Positions 9,144-17,049 of a stretch of DNA of 64,000 bases are shown piece by piece. How positions within the stretch are numbered: position 1 is the stretch's first letter; each line of letters begins with the position of its first letter. Origin of the DNA: a virus; IMG/VR virus record IMGVR_UViG_3300045996_003734, positions 1-64,000 of that record, one strand, 5' to 3'. A program made the translations under genes and the position numbers. Below the pieces are notes generated by a model, which made no database searches, was not told the DNA's origin, and was given only the letters and a program-made list of their open reading frames with translations.

Positions 9144-10531
9144 GACGCCTCCGAGCGCGCGCGGCGCGTGATAGCCGTGACCGCTACCTCGCGCGGTGGT
9201 GCCGCGCCGAGGTGCTCACGAAGCGCTACGTCAAAGGCTTCCGATTCTGTACGCGCGTCCAACGCTGCATCGGACTCCAGAATCCCCGGGGATAATGGGG
9301 GTTCCGAGTCATCGCTAGACTCGTCCCCTTTCCCGGAATCGCCTGAGCTTTCCTCAGTTACGCGTGGTTCGAGTCCTTGAGTCGGAGCCCAGTTACTCGC
9401 AGATTTCGAAGACGCGTGCAACGCCGCGTCTAACGGTTGGACGGGGGTCGCTGCTGGTACCGGCAGGCACAGGACCACCGCGCAGAACTCCGACCAGTCG
9501 CGCGTCGTGTAGACGTCGATGATCTCCTGCTTCGGGTTGTGCGTGATCAGCTCCACGATGCGACGGTCCGCGCCGCCGCGCTGGGTGAGCGTGATGAACG
9601 TGTGCCGGGTGCTGTGCACCGAGCGGTTGTCGACGCCGGCCGCCTTGCAGGACCGCAGCCACATCTTGTAGGCGCTCGATCGCGTCATCGGCGAACCGTC
9701 TGCCACGGGGACGATGGCGTCGTCGGGACCGGGCTGGCGCAGGAAGTGGAGCGACCAGCGGGCGCGCCAAGCCCTCAGGACCTCGGCGAGGAATGGGTGG
9801 ACAGGCGCGACACGCGGGCGCTCGGTCTTGAGCACGGAGTCGACGTACTGCCGGACCACGTTCATGGCGCCGAGCGGCTTGGGGAGCAGGTCGTAGTCGC
9901 CCCAACGAAGCCCGCAGACCTCCCCGAGCCGGAGGCCCAGGAAGAATGCGAGGGCGTTCCAAACCCGCTCGCGCTCGCCCACCACCTCGCTGACCAGCAA
10001 CTCGAACTCGGCCGGCGTGTAGGGGGCGCGCTTCTTCCCAGATCGCTTGAGCACGCCGCGCGGGACGACGTACGGGCTTGCTGCCACGACCTCCTCGATC
10101 GCCGCGTCGCGGAACATCACCCGCACCAGCGCCATCAGGTTGGTGATGGTTTTGGGGGCCAGGGTGCCTTGGGCCTTGAGCTCCGCGATGAGCTTGAGGA
10201 CGTGCTTCGGTCGGACATCCGACATCGGCAGGTTCGCGAACCAGGACCGCGAGAGCACGTGGCCGCGCATCGCGACGCGGTCGAGGTCTGCCGCTCGGTT
10301 GGTGCGACCTGCTAGCCAGAGCGCCGCGTAGGCGGCCACGCTGGACTCGCCGGTCATCTCACCCGGGCGGAAGGTCCCGTCCTTCACCTCGCGCTTGCGC
10401 TGGCGGTCGAGCGCCTCGGCCTCGCGCTTGTTCGGGCCGACCAGCTCCCAGTGCGGCTTGCCGCCCGGCCACGACGTGAGCACCCCATACATGACCTTCC
10501 CACCCTTGCGCTTACGCGGCACGACCGCCAT
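9140..10531 (-). CDS. int: tyrosine integrase with attP inside its 3' end
   Basis: GLRLGE, HSTRH, ITH and DVY catalytic motifs. Confidence 0.95.
   Translation of the reverse strand: MAVVPRKRKGGKVMYGVLTSWPGGKPHWELVGPNKREAEALDRQRKREVKDGTFRPGEMTGESSVAAYAALWLAGRTNRAADLDRVAMRGHVLSRSWFANLPMSDVRPKHVLKLIAELKAQGTLAPKTITNLMALVRVMFRDAAIEEVVAASPYVVPRGVLKRSGKKRAPYTPAEFELLVSEVVGERERVWNALAFFLGLRLGEVCGLRWGDYDLLPKPLGAMNVVRQYVDSVLKTERPRVAPVHPFLAEVLRAWRARWSLHFLRQPGPDDAIVPVADGSPMTRSSAYKMWLRSCKAAGVDNRSVHSTRHTFITLTQRGGADRRIVELITHNPKQEIIDVYTTRDWSEFCAVVLCLPVPAATPVQPLDAALHASSKSASNWAPTQGLEPRVTEESSGDSGKGDESSDDSEPPLSPGILESDAALDARTESEAFDVALREHLGAAPPREVAVTAITRRARSEAS
9366..9389 (+). mobile_element. attP-like core = 3' end of a tRNA (probably Asn)
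   Basis: GG-TTCGAGT-CCTTG-AGTCGGA-G-CC; the 5' half of the tRNA is absent. Confidence 0.8.
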
Positions 10532-10703
10532 GACCGACCTCCTTCTGCTTTGAGAGCCACGCTTCCACGTCCACGCGCGAGAACCGCCAGAAGCGGCCGA
10601 CTCTCACCGCCGGCAAGCCTTGCCGCTTCACCGCTGCCACCACGCTCGGCTTGCTGACGCGCAGCAGCTTCGCCACCTCGGCGGCGGTGAGGTAGTCGTT
10701 CAC
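10512..10703 (-). CDS. xis: excisionase-family HTH protein
   Basis: YLTAAEVAKLLRVS...LPAVRVGRFWRF; directly upstream of int. Confidence 0.85.
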   Translation of the reverse strand: MNDYLTAAEVAKLLRVSKPSVVAAVKRQGLPAVRVGRFWRFSRVDVEAWLSKQKEVGHGGRAA

Positions 10704-10914
10704 GACGCTTCCCTCCAGCTGTGCCCGCACGCGCAGGTGACGACGGCCAGGCCGCCCACGGAGCGGGTGCTCGTGATGCGCGCGTGCTCGCAGGTGAGGA
10801 ACGGGCCGCGCAGCTTGAACGGCTTGCGCCTCGGCCGGGCCGCAAGGCCGAGCTGGGCGTCTAGGCGCCGCTCCACTTCGGCATGGTCGATGAAGTCCAA
10901 GGGCGCAACGTCTC

Positions 10915-11073
10915 TCACGAGGTAGCCTCCTGCTCTGAGCGCTCGAGCCGTTCCTTGGCTTCGCGCTGGTAGTTCGCCATCGCCTGGTCGAGGTGGATGC
11001 GCCCGCTCTTGGTCCAGTAAGCCCAGAGCTCGCGGCACACCGCCACCCGTTGCTCGTCCGTAGGAGGCGTCAT
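10915..11073 (-). CDS. hypothetical protein
   Basis: MTPPTDEQRVAVCRELWAYW; operon tiling. Confidence 0.45.
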   Translation of the reverse strand: MTPPTDEQRVAVCRELWAYWTKSGRIHLDQAMANYQREAKERLERSEQEATS

Positions 11074-11311
11074 GCAGCCTCCTGCAACGCGGCCCCGGAC
11101 AGTTCGGCCGCGCTGCAGCATGCGCAGCCCCAAGCCGCCTCGCAGCACGAGTTTATGTGGGCGTGTTCAGTACACGGGCGCAGCGGGGCAGGTTGCGGCG
11201 CGCAGCGAAATGCCACTCGCGTGGGCAAAAAAAAGGGCGGCGGCGGCGCTGTTTCATGACCGATCCCGGGCGTCGCAGGTTCTCCCTGCGCACCATGGCG
11301 ATGCTGCCGAG

Positions 11312-11384
11312 CGCGGCCGGCAGGGCTCGAACCTGCACCTCCCTGATTTGGAATCAGGTGCTCTGCCACTAGAGCTTCGTCCGC
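11312..11384 (-). tRNA. tRNA-Trp(CCA), atypical
   Basis: GCGGACG AA GCTC TAGTGGCA GAGC A CCTGA TTCCAAA TCAGG GAGGT GCAGG TTCGAGC CCTGC CGGCCGC G folds as a cloverleaf. Confidence 0.9.
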
Positions 11385-11455
11385 AAGACGTCCCGTGGTT
11401 GCAGCCGGGACCACGCTGCTCGCGGCGCCACCCGCGACTTGCTGGCTTGGTATTC

Positions 11456-11683
11456 CTAGGCGCGCGGGGGCCAGTTCCAGTGGCCCGGCTTCGGCTCGGC
11501 GCTGTACGGCACCGACTGGTTGAAGAACTGCCCCGTCGGGTTGAGGATGCAGAGGCCGACGCTGCCCGCTTCCCCGTTCACCTGCGTCACCACCGCAGCC
11601 CTCGGCGCCGGAAGGTACTCGCCGCCGGGCGTCCCGAAGCTTTGGTAGTGCACGATCCGTCCCACGCTCGGTTTCTGTTCCAT
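11456..11683 (-). CDS. small phage protein
   Basis: PSVGRIVHY...AAVVTQV...WNWPPR pattern; GGAG RBS. Confidence 0.8.
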   Translation of the reverse strand: MEQKPSVGRIVHYQSFGTPGGEYLPAPRAAVVTQVNGEAGSVGLCILNPTGQFFNQSVPYSAEPKPGHWNWPPRA

Positions 11684-11689
11684 TGGTTT

Positions 11690-11897
11690 CTCCGTTCAGC
11701 TCGAGCACGCACAGCGCCTCGAGAGCAGTCATGCGCGCGCGACCCAGCTCGAGGTCGCGCAGGGTGCGCACGCCGATGCAGAGCTCGTGGGCGGCGCGCT
11801 CCTGCGTCCAGCCGCGCGCGACCCGAGCGCGCCTGAGGCGACCGGCAGCCAACCGCCTCGCGTAAACCGCCAGGGTGACGAGCTTGGGGCTAGACAT
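11690..11897 (-). CDS. XRE-family HTH domain (3' end uncertain; the frame stays open to 11070)
   Basis: LRRARVARGWTQERAAHELCIGVRTLRDLELG. Confidence 0.65.
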
Positions 11898-12207
11898 GGT
11901 CACCCTGAAGCAAGCGCTCGCGGACCTGCTCCAAAGCTGCTCCGAATCGCTCGTCCTCGAGCCGTGCCCGAGCAGCGCGCAGCATGGCGGTAGCCGCCCC
12001 AGCCGTCCGACCGAGAGCGACCGCCACCTCGGCGTCGCTCATGAGCGTGTGGTCGTGGAGCAGGACCGCGGCGACGTGGCGGGCGAACCCGAGGCTCCGG
12101 GCGATGCGGGGGCCCCGGAGATCGACTACGGCAACCCCGAAATGCTCGGCCACCCGCTCGATGATGATGGGTGCGGGGAGCAGGCGGAGGGCCGGAGCGG
12201 CGCCCAT
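11890..12207 (-). CDS. DnaA C-terminal-domain-like HTH protein
   Basis: IIERVAEHFGV..DLRG.R..R....ARHVAAVLL.....MS..EVA..LGR. Confidence 0.75.
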   Translation of the reverse strand: MGAAPALRLLPAPIIIERVAEHFGVAVVDLRGPRIARSLGFARHVAAVLLHDHTLMSDAEVAVALGRTAGAATAMLRAARARLEDERFGAALEQVRERLLQGDHV

Positions 12208-12444
12208 TCAGCCCTCCCCGCGGTTGCTGAAGCCCTTGAAGGTCGACGGCTTGACCGTCACGTGCTCGACCAGCTGCTGCTCGAGCACGCGCGCGCCGCG
12301 CTGTCGGGCAGCAAACGCCGTCCGGGCGAAGACCAGTGCGAAGCGATGCTCGCCAGCGACCTCGGTCTCGACGAGCCAAGAGACGGCCATGGCGGGCGGG
12401 GCCTCGACGTCCGGACGAGGTTGAGCCTGGTTCGTGTGCGGCAT
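12208..12444 (-). CDS. hypothetical protein
   Basis: Operon tiling. Confidence 0.55.
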   Translation of the reverse strand: MPHTNQAQPRPDVEAPPAMAVSWLVETEVAGEHRFALVFARTAFAARQRGARVLEQQLVEHVTVKPSTFKGFSNRGEG

Positions 12445-12720
12445 CTACGCCGCCTCCTTCAGGTCGCAGACGCGCAGGTAGCGGATGAATTCGCGCCGCA
12501 AACGTCCGCTGCGCAGCACCGCGCGCAGGTTGATCGGCGCGCGCTCGGCCAGCCAGTCGCGGATGGTTCGCTCGCTTACGTGGCACCAGCGTGCAGCAGC
12601 GGCCTGCGTGCCACCGGCCTTCTCGATGGCGTAGCGGAGAGCACCGGCAGAATGCTGCCGGACTTGTTGCTCGGACCAGGTTACGGCCCGGAGCGGGACG
12701 ACCGTACGCTTGCCAGCCAT
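12445..12720 (-). CDS. HTH regulator (CII position)
   Basis: GGTQAAAARWCHVSERTIRDWL. Confidence 0.7.
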   Translation of the reverse strand: MAGKRTVVPLRAVTWSEQQVRQHSAGALRYAIEKAGGTQAAAARWCHVSERTIRDWLAERAPINLRAVLRSGRLRREFIRYLRVCDLKEAA

Positions 12721-12724
12721 GTTT

Positions 12725-12964
12725 CTACGCAGCCCCCTTGTCCGGCTTGGACTCAGGAAGCGCTGGCTCCATCCACCACGCTGGGTCGATGGGCAGCTCC
12801 GGGTCGTCCTTCAGCCTCTGACTTGTGTCCGTGTTCGGCAGCGAGCCACCCCGCGCCAGGCGCGAAAGCCGCGGCTGAGACACGCCCGTGCGCTTTGCGT
12901 GCAGCTTCTGAACGCCCCGCGTCCGGTAGGCTTCGGCCAAAAACTGCGAGGCGCGCGAATGCAT
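12725..12964 (-). CDS. Cro-like HTH regulator
   Basis: TGVSQPRLSRLARGGSLP; divergent from the repressor. Confidence 0.75.
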   Translation of the reverse strand: MHSRASQFLAEAYRTRGVQKLHAKRTGVSQPRLSRLARGGSLPNTDTSQRLKDDPELPIDPAWWMEPALPESKPDKGAA

Positions 12965-12974
12965 CACCTTCGCA

Positions 12975-13002
12975 AGTATTCTCTCGCGCATACATTCGTC
13001 AA
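12975..13002 (-). promoter_or_regulatory. sigma70-like promoter of cro overlapping an operator
   Basis: TTGACG-N16-AATACT; operator TATTCTCTCGCGCATA at 12977-12992. Confidence 0.65.
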
Positions 13003-13022
13003 GGAAAAAACGTCCGCGTTGC

Positions 13023-13682
13023 TTGAGCGCGCAGAACTGCGGACTATCCAAGCCCGTGCCCGCCTACCCCAAACCGCTCTCAGCGAAGCCGCCCAAGACG
13101 CGGCCGCCGGGCTTCTCCGAGGGGGCTTGGGCGTTCCCCGCGCGCCTCGCCGACCTGGCGAACAAGCGGGGCTGGTACGCGAAGGACCTCGTCCGTATCG
13201 CTGGCGTAAATCAGGGCACGGTATCGAAGTGGTTATCTTACAAGGTCGAGCAGCCCGACGCAGCAAAGGTGCGCCGCATCGAGCTGGAGGCGAAGGTGCC
13301 CGTTGGAACTTTGCTCCAAGAGCCGGGCGACGGAATAGTCACCCCCAGGGATGTTGTTCTTACGCAACTGGAGGATTGGGCGGGCCGAGTGGGGCTCAAC
13401 CAATCGGTGGTGGCCACCTTGAACGACGACAAGCTTGGGGCAGCGATGAATCAGTTCTCTCCTGAAGTACGCGGAGCGATCTTGGGCCTGGTGCACCTGC
13501 ACCGCGTCCCCCTCCCGCGGGCGATTGACATCGCCAAGAGCGTGGTCAAAGCCGCGCCGCGGTTCCCGAAGAACCGTGAGCCGAACGAGCTGTACTGGTA
13601 CTCGCAGATGGTTCCGCAGGTCGGCACCAAAAAAGAGAGCGGCGAGTTCCCGTCGTCCGGGCACATAAAAATCGTGGAGTGA
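13023..13682 (+). CDS. CI-like repressor (XRE HTH; no recognisable S24 peptidase domain)
   Basis: AKDLVRIAGVNQGTVSKWL; divergent from cro. Confidence 0.75.
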   Translation: MSAQNCGLSKPVPAYPKPLSAKPPKTRPPGFSEGAWAFPARLADLANKRGWYAKDLVRIAGVNQGTVSKWLSYKVEQPDAAKVRRIELEAKVPVGTLLQEPGDGIVTPRDVVLTQLEDWAGRVGLNQSVVATLNDDKLGAAMNQFSPEVRGAILGLVHLHRVPLPRAIDIAKSVVKAAPRFPKNREPNELYWYSQMVPQVGTKKESGEFPSSGHIKIVE

Positions 13683-13743
13683 CGCGGACCTAGCGACCCG
13701 CGACGTGGCCTCGGTCACCGCGGGTCGCTTGCGCCAGCTCATT

Positions 13744-13775
13744 TATTCCCTTGCGCATCTATTCGCTGGGGCATA
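13744..13775 (+). promoter_or_regulatory. two tandem 16-bp operators at the early rightward promoter
   Basis: TATTCCCTTGCGCATC and TATTCGCTGGGGCATA match 12977-12992. Confidence 0.7.
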
Positions 13776-13785
13776 TATCCAATGG

Positions 13786-13872
13786 GTCCCCGGCTGAAGG
13801 GGACGCCGCAGCGGTGCCCCGGCCCACCCCCGACCCGGGGCGCTGCTTCGGCTTCCCACTTCAGCCGAGGAC
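13786..13872 (+). ncRNA. long stem-loop leader RNA
   Basis: GTCC-CGGCTGAAG-GGGA pairs with TCCC-CTTCAGCCG-GGAC; inner stem GCAGCG/CGCTGC and CCCCGG/CCGGGG. Confidence 0.55.
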
Positions 13873-13893
13873 GCAACCAGGAGCTGCAAATCC

Positions 13894-14121
13894 GTGACCA
13901 TCAACCTGCACAACTGCCGAATCCTCCTCGCGCTCACGCCCGAGCAGTTCGAGAGGTTCATTGAGGCCTCTCGTGACGGCGCCGCCATCGTGACCACGGC
14001 GGAGCCCGTCCCGCCGAACGACCCGCCGTCGAGCACCTTCCCCGCTGCTCCGGCCGCAACCGCCGAGAGCCCCGACACCTCCGTCCGCAACGTTGTCCCC
14101 CTCCGTCGGGTGGCAGCGTGA
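13894..14121 (+). CDS. hypothetical protein
   Basis: AGGAG RBS; ends NVVPLRRVAA. Confidence 0.65.
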   Translation: MTINLHNCRILLALTPEQFERFIEASRDGAAIVTTAEPVPPNDPPSSTFPAAPAATAESPDTSVRNVVPLRRVAA

Positions 14122-14396
14122 GCACCCGCTACTCGCAGGTGGCCGCGCGCCCGGTGCCCGTGAAGCCCGAGCCCGAAGCCTCTCCGAAAGAGGCGATCAT
14201 TAAGCTGCTCGACGCGGAGACGCTGGTGACCGAGGCCATCGAGAACCTCGTCCGCAGCCCCGAAAACCTCGAATGCCGGGATGGGGCGGACTCGCTCCTC
14301 GGCGACGCGATGCGACGAATCGCGCAGGCTCGTGCCGTCCTTCACGAGCTGCGCCGCGCCGCGAGCGGGCAGCCCACGATCGCGAGCGTCGGCTGA
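14118..14396 (+). CDS. hypothetical protein
   Basis: GTGA overlap. Confidence 0.6.
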   Translation: MSTRYSQVAARPVPVKPEPEASPKEAIIKLLDAETLVTEAIENLVRSPENLECRDGADSLLGDAMRRIAQARAVLHELRRAASGQPTIASVG

Positions 14397-14707
14397 TGGC
14401 CGGCCGGTGCAACTGCTGCGCGCGACCCGTCTCGATCACGGAGGCGAGCCGCTTCCGAACGGTCGTGTACCGCGACCCGCGCTCGGATGCGCCGTACCTG
14501 TATCTCGCGATGTTCGAGTGCCTTTGCCAGAACACGCTCGCCGTTGTGCTGTGGGAGGACGAGGCGACCGCTCTCGAGTCGCACGAGGCAGACGTGGCCG
14601 AAGCCGCCCGCGTCGCCGCCTATGAAAGAGACGAGGCGCCGTACGACCGCGCCGTCACTCGCGGCTTCTTTTCGCTGACTCACGAGCTCGCCAGTCGCGG
14701 GCTGTAG
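14396..14707 (+). CDS. Zn-ribbon protein
   Basis: TGATG overlap; CNCC...CLC. Confidence 0.6.
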   Translation: MAGRCNCCARPVSITEASRFRTVVYRDPRSDAPYLYLAMFECLCQNTLAVVLWEDEATALESHEADVAEAARVAAYERDEAPYDRAVTRGFFSLTHELASRGL

Positions 14708-14737
14708 GGCGCGCCGCGCCCAGAAGGTTGGGGACTC

Positions 14738-15877
14738 ATGCAATCCACTCTTTTGATTCCTGTTGGGCGCGCGAAGGGCGAGCCGATCGCTACGTGCTCG
14801 CTCGAGAACCTGGACTGGACCATCAACTTCATCGCGAAGAAGCTGCGGGAGGAGCCTACCGGCAGGTTTGCAGCCGAAAACCGGCGCTGGCTTGACGAGG
14901 CGCAGCGCATCTTCTCGGAGCGGAGTGAGGGTGTGGTGGTTGAGGGCCCGACGGCTGGTGCCGCGCCTGCGCCGGCGGCGCGCGCCGCGGCACCGCAGCC
15001 CCTCGTCTCGCCGAGCCAAGCGCTCGCCAGAGTGCCCGTCGGCGTGATTCGTGACGCGGCATCCGTCTCGCAGACTCTGATTCAGGCGGCCGAGCTCGGT
15101 CACCTCGTCTCGCCTGCGCCGGCCGCCGGCAACCTTCCCGAGGGCTGCTCGATCTTGGTGTCCGCCATCATGATCGACCAAAAGCGCGAGACCTATCCGG
15201 TCGGCGGGGACGATGACGACCGCGGTACCGGAGAGCGCGGGCTCAGCAAGGTGGCACTCGACAAGCTCGCCGGCGCGCTCGCGGTCGACTGGGACGACCA
15301 GCGCTCTCGAAGGCTCGATGATGGGTCGCACCCGCACTACTGCCGCTACAAGGCGGTCGGTCGCGTCCGAAACTTCGATGGTTCGTGGCGCACGATTCAG
15401 GGCGAGAAGGAGCTGGACCTCCGAAAAGGTTCGGCCGTCGTCGAAGTCATCGAGACTCAGGCGCTGCGCAAGCAACGGCGCGACGGCGGCGCGAACCAGA
15501 TCGCGCAGAAGCGTCAGCACATCCAGAGCCTGTGCGAGACCGAGGCGCGCCTCCGTGCCATCCGCACGCTCGGGCTCCGCACGGCCTACAACGCGGAAGA
15601 GCTCGCGAAGCCGTTCATCGTGGCGCAGCTCGTGTTCGACGGACGAAGCGAGGACCCGGAGGCGCGCGCCTACTTCCGCGAGCGCATCGCCGACAGCTTC
15701 ATGGGGGCGACCAAGTCGCTCTACGGAGGCGCCACGCCGGCTCCGCAGCTGGTGGAGAGCAAGGGCGACGCGCCGCCCCCGCTGAGCGCGTACGGCGAAG
15801 CGGAGGACGACGACGGGCCGCCCAACTATGGCTTTGCCGAACAGCCCAAGCGCACGGGGACGGGAGGGCCGTACTGA
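14738..15877 (+). CDS. probable single-strand annealing/recombination protein
   Basis: Upstream of SbcDC; LSKVALDKLA, CETEARLRAIR.LGL...Y..EEL.KPF motifs; acidic tail. Confidence 0.55.
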   Translation: MQSTLLIPVGRAKGEPIATCSLENLDWTINFIAKKLREEPTGRFAAENRRWLDEAQRIFSERSEGVVVEGPTAGAAPAPAARAAAPQPLVSPSQALARVPVGVIRDAASVSQTLIQAAELGHLVSPAPAAGNLPEGCSILVSAIMIDQKRETYPVGGDDDDRGTGERGLSKVALDKLAGALAVDWDDQRSRRLDDGSHPHYCRYKAVGRVRNFDGSWRTIQGEKELDLRKGSAVVEVIETQALRKQRRDGGANQIAQKRQHIQSLCETEARLRAIRTLGLRTAYNAEELAKPFIVAQLVFDGRSEDPEARAYFRERIADSFMGATKSLYGGATPAPQLVESKGDAPPPLSAYGEAEDDDGPPNYGFAEQPKRTGTGGPY

Positions 15878-17049
15878 TGCGCCTCCTCGCCTCCGGAGAC
15901 AACCACTTCGCCGAGCACCAGCGGTTCGACGAATGTCTCAAGGTGCACGCCTGGATGGTCGAGCAGGCGCGCGAGGTGAAGGCCGACGTCTTCTTGGACA
16001 GCGGCGACGTCTTCGACGCTGCGAGCACTCCGCGCGAGCGACAGGCCGTCGCTGAGTGGATCGTGGCGATGGCCGAGGTTTGCCCGGTGGTGTTTGCCAA
16101 AGGCAACCACGATCGCCCCCTCGACGTTGCGCTCATGCGCCGCCTGTCGACTAAGCACCCGGTCATCGTCGAGGAGGGCGCGCGCGTGCATCACGTCGCC
16201 GGCGCCGCGATTGCGGTGATGGCGTGGCCCGAGCGGACGCACCTGCTCGCTGCGCTGGGAAGCGCGGCGGCCGCGGACATCGGCATGCGAGAAGCACTGC
16301 AGAGTGTGCTGCGGGGGCTCGGCCAGCAGCTGGGGCAGCACGACGGCCCGCGCCTCCTGCTCGGTCACTTCATGGTGGACGGCTCCATCTCGAGCACCGG
16401 GCAACCGCTGCTCGGCATGCCGATCAACGTGGGCCTCGCCGACCTGGCTCTGGCGCGCGCTCACCTGACGGTCATGGGGCACATCCACATGGCCCAGCGG
16501 TTCGAGCTGCCGGACGCGGGCCCTGCCTTCTACACGGGCTCACCGTTCCGCACCGACTTCGGTCAGCTCGAGGACAAGAGCGTCCTGTACGCCGAGTTCG
16601 AAGGATCCGAGGTCGTCGACCTGATGGCCCTCGCCACACCCGCTCGCGGCATGGTGCACGTGGACGCGCGATGGACTGATACCGCGTTCTACACGGAGGC
16701 CTTCGGTGGCCAGCAGCCGGCGCTAAACCCTGTCGCCCATGCGCTCACGCGGGGCGCCGAGGTGCGGTTCCGCTACGAGGTTGCGGCCGAACAGCGGGAT
16801 GCAGCCAAGGCTGCGCTATCGGCGTACGAGCAGACGCTGCGCAGTCTCGGCGCGCACAGCGTGAAGGTCGAAGAGGTCGTGATCGCGGAGCGCCGCGCGC
16901 GCGCTCCGGAAGTCGCACGAGCGACGAGCGTGCAAGACAAGCTCTCTGCGCACTGGGCATCGATCGGCTTCGAGCCAGGCGATGAGCTGCGGGACGCGCT
17001 GTATTCGAAGGCTGCTGGGGTCGAAGAGGAGGTCCGGAATGCGTCTTGA
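15877..17049 (+). CDS. sbcD: SbcD/Mre11-like metallophosphoesterase
   Basis: GDNH, GDVFD, GNHD, GHIH, YTGSP. Confidence 0.9.
   Translation: MRLLASGDNHFAEHQRFDECLKVHAWMVEQAREVKADVFLDSGDVFDAASTPRERQAVAEWIVAMAEVCPVVFAKGNHDRPLDVALMRRLSTKHPVIVEEGARVHHVAGAAIAVMAWPERTHLLAALGSAAAADIGMREALQSVLRGLGQQLGQHDGPRLLLGHFMVDGSISSTGQPLLGMPINVGLADLALARAHLTVMGHIHMAQRFELPDAGPAFYTGSPFRTDFGQLEDKSVLYAEFEGSEVVDLMALATPARGMVHVDARWTDTAFYTEAFGGQQPALNPVAHALTRGAEVRFRYEVAAEQRDAAKAALSAYEQTLRSLGAHSVKVEEVVIAERRARAPEVARATSVQDKLSAHWASIGFEPGDELRDALYSKAAGVEEEVRNAS

Noticed and set aside
9340-9391. Complete tRNA gene
   Set aside because: Only the T-loop and 3' acceptor strand are present; no D or anticodon arm
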